Source: Halopiger xanaduensis SH-6
GTDB taxonomy: Archaea; Halobacteriota; Halobacteria; Halobacteriales; Natrialbaceae
Direction: 5' to 3'
Length of the DNA stretch: 32,000 bases
Assembly (NCBI RefSeq): GCF_000217715.1
Contig: NC_015666.1
Location: 290,270-322,269 of the forward strand
Within the stretch, counting starts at the first letter, position 1. Each line of letters starts with the position of its first letter. Shown piece by piece: positions 25,576-32,000 of the stretch. The position numbers and the translations under genes were made by a program. The notes below the pieces were generated by a model. That model searched no databases. It saw nothing but the letters and a program-made list of their open reading frames with translations, and was not told where the DNA came from.

Positions 25576-28447
25576 GTACGAGCCAAACGAGCGACAGCAA
25601 GAACTGATCGATGCGACGAGCGGCATCCACGTCGTCGACGCCGGCGCCGGAACTGGCAAGACCTTCACCATCACTCGCCGCTACGCGAACCTCCTCGAAC
25701 AGGGAGACGTCGAACCAGAGGACATCCTCCTGATCACGTTCACGAACAACGCGGCGGGCGAGATGAAGGAACGCGTCGTGGCCAATTGCGACTACTCGAT
25801 GTCAGCGTTACGGGACGCACCCATCAACACGTTCCACGGGTACTGCCACGATCTGCTCATCCGCCACGGGTTCGACGCGCCGACGCGTCTCGGCATCGAC
25901 GACCGGATCACGTCGTCGACGCAACTCCTCGAGAACGAAGTCATCGAGGAAGACCGCTTCCGCAAGTTCCTCGACCAGTTCATCGAGGCACATCCCGATT
26001 ATCACGACTACTTCAGGACGCTCAACGACGCGACATCGATCCTCGATCTGATCAAGGAGCTCGCCGCCAAGGGAGTGTTCCCGACCGACGAGGGCTGGTT
26101 CCGCGATGGTGAGTCCTTCCTCGATGGCGACTACGAGGAGTTCAAGACGCTCTTCGATGAGGCCAACGAGCCGAACGAGGGCGCGAACGGCGCGACTCAA
26201 TCGGACTTGCGCGACGGTCTGAGCGGGTTCGAGCGGAATCGCTGCTACGAGCCCGACGCCCCTAATGAGGGGGAACTCCGGGACGGCTATCCGCAAATCG
26301 ACGACGCGTGGGCCAGCCGAGCGTTCGAGGAAGACCGTGACGACCTGAAGGCGTTCGTCCACGACGTCTACCTCGAGTACATCGCGTTCGCGCTCCAACG
26401 GAACTACCTGAACTTCAGTTTCCTGCTGATGTTCACCTTCGCGATGCTTTGCGAGGATCACTCGCTGCGGGAGTCGGTTCAGTTCGACCACGTGCTCGTC
26501 GACGAGTTTCAGGACACGAGCGAGATTCAGTTCAAGCTCGCCCTGTTGCTCGCGGGCACGGACAACCTCTGTGTCGTCGGCGACTGGAAGCAGAGCATCT
26601 ACTCGTTCCAGTACGCCTCAGTCGACAACATCCGTCGCTTCGAGGAGCGTCTCCAGACCTACAAGCGAGAACTCAACGGCGACTACGCGCGGGTCGATTT
26701 CCCGGTTGACGACGTGAACGAGATCTCGCTGGTCGAGAACTACCGCTCGACACAGTCCATTCTCGACTTCTCCGAACACAGCCTCACGCTGCCCGCAACG
26801 GGAAGCGAGGAGGTCGATCCAGAGATACAGGACGACATCACATCGCTAGCAGCGACAACGGAGCACGACCACAGCAACATCGAGGCGTTCACGTGCGATG
26901 ACGAGCAGGAGGCGATCCTGACGCGGATACAGGAGATCGTCGGCAATCGCGAGTACGCCGTCGAGGACGATGGCGAACTTCGAGCGCCGACGTACGACGA
27001 CGTTGCGGTGCTGACGCGGACGCGTGACTTCGGGCGCGAGTTACAGGCGTGTGCCGCAGACTACGGGATTCCCGTGGCGTACGAAGGCGGCGTCGAGCTG
27101 TTCGGAACCGAGCAGTCGATTCTCCTGCTCGCGTGGCTGCGCATCCTCGAACATGAGGACTCCAAGCGCGGCTGGGCAGTCGTCCTCGAGGAGGCTGGCT
27201 ATACGCTCGACGAGGTGAAGCACGTCCTCGAGACCAGCACGTATCCCACGGGTATGGTCGAGTTCCGCGACCAGCTCGCGGAGGCGGAGACCATCGGTGG
27301 AATCGCGCGACGGGTATTCGATCGATACGGGTTCGACGACGCGTACGCGGATGGGCTCGTCTCGCTGTTACAGGGCACCTTCGACAGCACCCACCACAAC
27401 CGCGGTGACATCGTGCGATTCCTCGAACGGAGTCTCGACGCCGATGCCACCCACGAGGTTGAGGACAACCCCGGCGGCGACTCGGTAACGGTGCAGACCA
27501 TTCACGCCGCCAAGGGGCTCGAACACCCCATCGTCATCATGGCGAACATGAACCAGCACCGGTTCCCGCCGTCCGGTGGTGGCGCGGATCGGATTCGGTA
27601 CGAGGAGCGGGTCGGCCTCCGACAGAGCAAGCGATACACCGATGCGCACGGTCGTCCCCATCTCTACGATAACTGGCGGTATCGGCTTCTCTCGAAATGT
27701 CTGGGCCGAGAGTACGACGAGGAACGGAGGCTGCTGTACGTCGCCATCACGCGTGCAGAGAGCCATGTACTGTTCTCCGCCGGAGAGTCGCCGAGCCCGC
27801 TCTTCGAAAACCTCCCGCTCGAGCCGTCGACGGTCGAGCCGGACGTCGAAGATGCCGCTGTCGGCGGGACGGAGCAGACCCAACTCCAGATTTCGGTGCC
27901 TGTTCCGGAGACGCCGTCCGGCCAGTCCCCTCATTCGCTGATGGACGACAGCGTGTTTAGCGATGTTGAGGACGGGAAGGGAATGGAGTTCGGCACACGC
28001 GTCCACGATTTCGCTGAGCGATACGCGATAGGGGAGGCAGTCGAACCAACAAGTCCCGACGAACGGAACGTGCAGAGGTTCCTCGATTCGCTGCCCGGCA
28101 AGTTTCGGGTTGAGGAGAACGTCTACCTCCCAGTGTCGGTTGATGGGCAGCAGGTGACGATCTCCGGGATCGTCGATCTGCTTCACGTGACCGACGACTG
28201 GGTCGAGATCGTGGACTACAAAACCGACCGTGGCCGCCACGCGGAGGCCGAGTACCGGAAGCAGTTGAGTGTCTACTACCACGTCGTCCGGCAGGAATAC
28301 CCTGACCGACGGGTCTCGACGAGTATCTACTACACTGCTGATGGCGAACGAGTCGAAGTCGATCCGCTCCTACTGGATGAACTCGGAGAACTTGTCAACG
28401 TCGACGGAACGCACGAAGAACGCGGGGAAGATCCCCGAATTCGGTGA
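25568..28447 (+). CDS. AddA/UvrD-PcrA-type SF1 helicase with a C-terminal RecB-family nuclease domain, 959 aa
   Basis: SF1 motifs: I DAGAGTGKTF, Ia ITFTNNAAGEMKERV, II VLVDEFQDTS, III VVGDWKQSIYSFQYA, IV ENYRSTQSIL, V VQTIHAAKGLEHPIV, VI RLLYVAITRAESHV. Nuclease domain: GTRVHDFAE, ISGIVDLLHV, VEIVDYKTDR, QLSVYY. Confidence 0.9.
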   Translation: MTEYEPNERQQELIDATSGIHVVDAGAGTGKTFTITRRYANLLEQGDVEPEDILLITFTNNAAGEMKERVVANCDYSMSALRDAPINTFHGYCHDLLIRHGFDAPTRLGIDDRITSSTQLLENEVIEEDRFRKFLDQFIEAHPDYHDYFRTLNDATSILDLIKELAAKGVFPTDEGWFRDGESFLDGDYEEFKTLFDEANEPNEGANGATQSDLRDGLSGFERNRCYEPDAPNEGELRDGYPQIDDAWASRAFEEDRDDLKAFVHDVYLEYIAFALQRNYLNFSFLLMFTFAMLCEDHSLRESVQFDHVLVDEFQDTSEIQFKLALLLAGTDNLCVVGDWKQSIYSFQYASVDNIRRFEERLQTYKRELNGDYARVDFPVDDVNEISLVENYRSTQSILDFSEHSLTLPATGSEEVDPEIQDDITSLAATTEHDHSNIEAFTCDDEQEAILTRIQEIVGNREYAVEDDGELRAPTYDDVAVLTRTRDFGRELQACAADYGIPVAYEGGVELFGTEQSILLLAWLRILEHEDSKRGWAVVLEEAGYTLDEVKHVLETSTYPTGMVEFRDQLAEAETIGGIARRVFDRYGFDDAYADGLVSLLQGTFDSTHHNRGDIVRFLERSLDADATHEVEDNPGGDSVTVQTIHAAKGLEHPIVIMANMNQHRFPPSGGGADRIRYEERVGLRQSKRYTDAHGRPHLYDNWRYRLLSKCLGREYDEERRLLYVAITRAESHVLFSAGESPSPLFENLPLEPSTVEPDVEDAAVGGTEQTQLQISVPVPETPSGQSPHSLMDDSVFSDVEDGKGMEFGTRVHDFAERYAIGEAVEPTSPDERNVQRFLDSLPGKFRVEENVYLPVSVDGQQVTISGIVDLLHVTDDWVEIVDYKTDRGRHAEAEYRKQLSVYYHVVRQEYPDRRVSTSIYYTADGERVEVDPLLLDELGELVNVDGTHEERGEDPRIR

Positions 28448-28516
28448 GCACGTTCGTACGGCGCAGCTCACAACCATCCATCGAAGTGTTCTCTCAGAGC
28501 AAAGCCTACCCATCCT

Positions 28517-28550
28517 CTGTTAACACAACAAGATTATGTTATGTTAACAG
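28517..28550. promoter_or_regulatory. 9-bp perfect inverted repeat CTGTTAACA-N16-TGTTAACAG, a candidate operator or terminator between the helicase-nuclease gene and the RHH gene
   Basis: Arms at 28517-28525 and 28542-28550 are exact reverse complements, separated by an AT-rich spacer. A third GTTAAC lies at ~28640-28645. A TATA-like TTTTATTAGA (28625-28634) sits ~20-28 nt upstream of the GTG starts at 28651 and 28657. Confidence 0.45.
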
Positions 28551-28650
28551 GGTAATCCTCGACTATTCTACGAGAGAGTCTGGAAGAAGAGGCGTTGTCC
28601 AACGACCCCCTCGGTCTTAACCCTTTTATTAGATACCCAGTTAACCGGCG

Positions 28651-29412
28651 GTGCAAGTGGCGAAATCAGACTGGCCCGTCGTTGGCTTCCGAATGCCCGA
28701 AATCCAGCGTAAGAAGCTAAACCGGATGCTCGAGGAAAGCGACGAATACGACGATCAGCAGGACTTCCTGCACCAACTCGTCCTTGACGAAATCCGTGAT
28801 GTCGAGTTTACCGATCCGCGAGACGAACTCGAGGACATCCGCCAGCAAAAGAAGCAGCTGCGTGATGAAATCGAAGAGGTCGTTGCGGAGGTCGAAGAGA
28901 TGCGTAACCGGCTTAGTGAACTGGAAGAGCGGGAATCCGAACTACAGGCCATTGCCGAGGACTATAACGTGACGTCGGCAGAGTCTTACGAAGAATCCGT
29001 ACGAGAAGCGGCCAACGAAATCATTAGAGACGAGCTGAAGGTATCTGAACGGTGGGAGCGCGTCCAACAGATTAGTGAGAAGTGGCAGGAAACTCCCATA
29101 GATGTTCTGCGCGACATCTACGAGCAAGATCCACGAATCACCTCAAAGCAGGTGAAGCCGTACGGGCGGAAAAGTGTCCCCGAGGAGTGGCAAACGCGTG
29201 TCGGCGATACTCGCGAGGAGGGAGTCCGACTTGTGCGCCTGTATTGCGAGGAGAACAAGGATGAGGAGAGGTATAATGGTTCAGGCGTGTATATCGAGGA
29301 TGAGTACGTCAGCCGGGTCGCGGAGGAACACAGTGCAGACTGTGAATCACTGCTCCGTGAGGCCGCTGAACGAATGGATGAAACATTCGAAGAGATAGTC
29401 TACCGAGTCTAA
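28651..29412 (+). CDS. Ribbon-helix-helix (CopG/Arc-like) N-domain protein with a long coiled coil, 253 aa
   Basis: VVGFRMPEIQRKKLNRMLEESDEYDDQQDFLHQLVLDEI fits a strand-helix-helix RHH pattern. It is followed by charged heptad repeats (LEDIRQQKKQLRDEIEEVVAEVEEMRNRLSELEERESELQ). GTG start at 28651 or 28657. Confidence 0.6.
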   Translation: MQVAKSDWPVVGFRMPEIQRKKLNRMLEESDEYDDQQDFLHQLVLDEIRDVEFTDPRDELEDIRQQKKQLRDEIEEVVAEVEEMRNRLSELEERESELQAIAEDYNVTSAESYEESVREAANEIIRDELKVSERWERVQQISEKWQETPIDVLRDIYEQDPRITSKQVKPYGRKSVPEEWQTRVGDTREEGVRLVRLYCEENKDEERYNGSGVYIEDEYVSRVAEEHSADCESLLREAAERMDETFEEIVYRV

Positions 29413-29738
29413 GATCTCTTGTACAGGTCGTGGCGACGCACTCTGCGAACTCGTCCGTGACTGTGCCCTGCACGCCGGCGATGTGGACTTCGTCCTTCAG
29501 CGTCACCACCGGCCACGGGAGGACGTGCTTGACGTGAGTGGCCGGTCGGGATGAAACGCGGTGTTCGCGCTCCAGCACTTCCTCGCCGATGGGGAGTGAA
29601 TACGGCGGTCACACCTAAGATGGGGTGCTCCGTTGTGGGGACATCTCCGTCAACCTCTACACGATTCCTTCGGTGAGCAACCCTCACCCGGATTATGATG
29701 AGGAGGTCTAAGCAGGACGACTGACAACAGGGCCACCA

Positions 29739-31178
29739 ATGACAGAGTCTGGCGACCAAGACGATGAGGAAGAGGTCGCATCGGCCGAGGAGCTAATGGA
29801 ACATATCGAAGAGAACTGGCAAGAGAAGGTCGAAATGGCCTCACTCAACGACTGCAGGCAAATTCGCACAGCGGGCGAGTATGTCCGAGCGGCGGACAGT
29901 TGGCAGAACGCCGTCGACCGGGTCGCCGACGGGCTGGACATCCCTGACGAACGGGCAGAATGGCTCGTCGGACTCTACATCAAGATATTCACTGACCCGT
30001 CGAAGAGCATCTCGGGGTACGGCCTGAACATCGGCGGACGCTACTTCAGCACGAAGAAATCCGTGGAGGAACTCCAACCGAATACGAAGATAGACTCCGT
30101 GGAGGAGGCCGAGGAATACCTCCGGGAGTACGTCGGGGCACACGCCGACGAGGTAGACATAGCCGAGTTGACGTTCACCGACGACTTGCCAGATAAACCT
30201 CCGTACCCCTCTATTGACCTCGACATCGAAATCCCAACGCCGCAACTCACAGGCCTCACGGAAGCGTTGGAAACAATCACCACATCGTACCAGCAGCAAT
30301 TGGCTACCCAAATCGCCACATCGTTCGACTTCAGTAGCTACTTCAACTCGTTCCTGCGCGACGCATTAGAGCCGCTCTCAGACCTCACCGAACAGTATCG
30401 TGAGATCGAGGAGTCGGACTTCGAGTTCAAGTGGCTCTCCAACGTCAAGCACGGCGCCTTCATGCAGCTCTACCGCGAGTACCGCGAGGAGGGAAACGAG
30501 GCCGCAGCCGAACTCCTCGCCGCCCAGCTCCGGGACGAGGAGGACATCAAGGGCTTCAAAGAGTATTTCCAGTCGTTCGACGAGTACGAACAACGGCAGG
30601 CAATCATCGACGAGGCCCTCGACGCCCACGCCGAAGGCCGGTATGCCCTCAGTATTCCCACCCTCCTTACCCAACTTGACGGCGTCTTCATCGATACCGC
30701 TCTCGACATCGGCCTCTGGCGTCCCGATGCCGACGTGACCGGCGTCGCAGTCGTCGGAAAAGGTGAAGGAAGCCCACGCCACATATCCGAGATCGACGAG
30801 GAGTTCCGGGACTACTATCGGAGCCGTCTCTGGCCGAACCGCGTCGACATCCTTCACGGGAAACGCGCAGACTACGCCGACGATGAACTCCTCTCGGCGA
30901 AGCTTATCTGGCTTCTCTTCCAGACCCTCCACACAGTCGAGAACATCCGTTCAGCCGAGGACTTCGGAGACTATCACATACTGCACGCCGTCACCGAGAG
31001 CGACGTACAATCTATTACGGCAGTCGCCGACCGCCTCGACTATCAAGTGGACTACGTCGAAGATCGATGTGAGTCCCTCGAAGAGCAGGATGCACTCATC
31101 GTTGCGGATGACGGTGAGGTATCCATCACCGAGACCGGGCATGAGTACCTCGAAGGCGAGCGAAGTCTCACGGACTGA
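29739..31178 (+). CDS. Hypothetical 479-aa protein with a HEPN-like R-x4-H-G motif and a C-terminal wHTH
   Basis: ATG at 29739. Central helices QAIIDEALDAHAEGRYALSIPTLLTQLDGVFID, then RLWPNRVDILHGKRADY (R368 at nt 30840-30842; H373 at nt 30855-30857). The C-terminal SITAVADRLDYQVDYVEDRCESLEEQDALIVADDGEVSITETGHEYL fits a wHTH pattern. Confidence 0.7.
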   Translation: MTESGDQDDEEEVASAEELMEHIEENWQEKVEMASLNDCRQIRTAGEYVRAADSWQNAVDRVADGLDIPDERAEWLVGLYIKIFTDPSKSISGYGLNIGGRYFSTKKSVEELQPNTKIDSVEEAEEYLREYVGAHADEVDIAELTFTDDLPDKPPYPSIDLDIEIPTPQLTGLTEALETITTSYQQQLATQIATSFDFSSYFNSFLRDALEPLSDLTEQYREIEESDFEFKWLSNVKHGAFMQLYREYREEGNEAAAELLAAQLRDEEDIKGFKEYFQSFDEYEQRQAIIDEALDAHAEGRYALSIPTLLTQLDGVFIDTALDIGLWRPDADVTGVAVVGKGEGSPRHISEIDEEFRDYYRSRLWPNRVDILHGKRADYADDELLSAKLIWLLFQTLHTVENIRSAEDFGDYHILHAVTESDVQSITAVADRLDYQVDYVEDRCESLEEQDALIVADDGEVSITETGHEYLEGERSLTD

Positions 31179-31281
31179 GGCAAAGGGTGATGTCCGGCAT
31201 CTCCCAGCTTCGCAGCGTGACTGCCTACGAGCCAACCAGATCGACCTGAGGATTGTCGGCCGTGACGTGGCAGGAGAGCAA

Positions 31282-31518
31282 ATGAATCGTCTATTCCTCC
31301 CCGACAGCCAAAGTGGACGAGTGTCCTATCTGCGGGAGGGGGATGAGGGAATATTTGCTGAGAAGGACTTTTCGTGGGTTGCCGGGGTGCTATTCGTGGA
31401 CAGAACGGAAACCTGCCACTATCTCCCGAACATCTACACCGATCGTGTCGAGTTCCGGCAGCTGTACGAGACCTTCGAGAATAGCGTACAGAAAACAGAT
31501 CTCCAACGGCTAATTTAG
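31282..31518 (+). CDS. Small hypothetical protein, 78 aa
   Basis: The ATG at 31282 lies inside a longer out-of-frame ORF that overlaps the previous gene. Only the part downstream of 31178 is free of overlap. MNRLFLPDSQSGRVSYLREGDEGIFAEKDF... No motif recognised. Confidence 0.3.
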   Translation: MNRLFLPDSQSGRVSYLREGDEGIFAEKDFSWVAGVLFVDRTETCHYLPNIYTDRVEFRQLYETFENSVQKTDLQRLI

Positions 31519-31578
31519 GCGCTCTCTCGAAGTCCCATCACAGGATTAAGTAGACAAGTCCTCGAGATTCGAATACTT

Positions 31579-32000
31579 GTGGTCTCATCGCGAAATCTTA
31601 GTTCCGGTAACACGAATCTGACCTGCCCGCAATGCGAAGAACGAATTGACACTCTCCACCTCCAACCCGCAGGGGAGAATATTGACCCTGACGCGTACCT
31701 CATCTGTCCCTATTGCGAGGCATGGTTCTTCCCAGAGAACGGTCTGCTCTATACGCTCCATAACTTGGACGGTGATGCCTACTTTGGCTTCCCGTTCGCT
31801 CTCGGCGGGAGCAAGATGCGGAACTACACCACCGTGACGGTTGGAGAGACGCGTAACCACGTCGTTAACAACCTCTTTTCAGGATACGAGTTCGAAACCG
31901 TCCAACTCCTCGGTGCGGAGCGTGAAGGCGCAAGCGGCGACAACCGGCTTCCAGTCGAGCGACTCGACGACTCGTACACGCGTGCGGCCTTGGGCGACTC
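31579..32000 (+). CDS. Zinc-ribbon protein, 5' partial view (runs off the right edge of the window)
   Basis: The frame is open from the TAG at 31516-31518 to the window end. The first start codon is GTG at 31579. CPQCEERID...(24 aa)...CPYCEAW forms two CxxC knuckles. The downstream sequence is acidic (GAEREGASGDNRLPVERLDDSY). Absent from the supplied ORF track, presumably because there is no stop inside the window. Preferred over the antisense 91-aa ORF at 31585-31860. Confidence 0.5.
   Translation, partial: MVSSRNLSSGNTNLTCPQCEERIDTLHLQPAGENIDPDAYLICPYCEAWFFPENGLLYTLHNLDGDAYFGFPFALGGSKMRNYTTVTVGETRNHVVNNLFSGYEFETVQLLGAEREGASGDNRLPVERLDDSYTRAALGD

Noticed and set aside
23008-28282. Long antisense ORFs inside the AddB/AddA-like genes (23008-23964, 23986-24885, 24946-25674, 25808-26491, 27368-28282, all minus strand)
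   Set aside because: These are mirror-frame artefacts of G+C-rich genes, with V/R/L/G-rich low-complexity composition. The plus-strand ORFs carry complete SF1 helicase and RecB-nuclease motif sets.
29309-29759. Minus-strand ORFs 29309-29578 and 29409-29759 in the gap between the RHH gene and the 479-aa gene
   Set aside because: They are basic, R/P/H-rich translations. One overlaps the 3' end of the RHH gene by ~100 nt and the other overlaps the start of the 479-aa gene. I treated 29413-29738 as intergenic.
1-32000. Search for transposases, integrases, rRNA or tRNA genes and terminal inverted repeats of IS elements
   Set aside because: No ORF shows DDE, tyrosine- or serine-recombinase signatures. 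No tRNA cloverleaf or rRNA-like segment was recognised. The mobility of this island therefore cannot be established from this window.

Overview
This 32-kb window is G+C-rich and its predicted proteins are strongly acidic (D/E-rich). That points to a haloarchaeal (class Halobacteria) replicon, probably a plasmid, megaplasmid or genomic island. This origin is an inference. I found no rRNA, tRNA, CRISPR array, transposase or integrase. All family calls come from motifs read by eye in the ORF translations, since no database search was possible.

Gene content, left to right:
1. A Kiwa-like pair on the minus strand: a 4-TM KwaA-like protein plus a 336-aa KwaB-like protein (135-1714).
2. A BREX-like core on the plus strand. 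It comprises a 1441-aa PglX-type N6-adenine methyltransferase (1867-6192), PglZ (9210-11402), a 425-aa protein that looks like the nuclease and helical N-terminal module of a type IIG/ISP restriction enzyme without a methyltransferase domain (11422-12699), and a SNF2/DEAH helicase, BrxHII-like (12755-15673). No BrxC/PglY, BrxA, BrxB or BrxL is present in the window.
3. A lower-G+C, opposite-strand, translationally coupled pair wedged between pglX and pglZ: a classical AAA+ ATPase plus a 453-aa unknown protein (6362-8930). I consider this the best candidate for an undescribed defence module.
4. An OB-fold/Mre11-SbcD-like phosphoesterase fusion, an RdfA-like protein, and several small zinc-ribbon or hypothetical genes (16007-20100).
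5. A candidate replication or maintenance region. ORB-like C/G-string repeats form two ~135-140-bp tandem units. A perfect 22-bp inverted repeat flanks a wHTH/coiled-coil gene (about 20100-22950).
6. A bacterial-style AddB-like nuclease and AddA/UvrD-like helicase-nuclease pair (22954-28447).
7. An RHH/coiled-coil protein, a 479-aa protein with a HEPN-like R-x4-H-G motif and a C-terminal wHTH, and a partial zinc-ribbon CDS at the right edge.

Composition is mosaic. Kiwa, the central part of pglX and the AAA+ cassette are visibly lower in G+C than their flanks.
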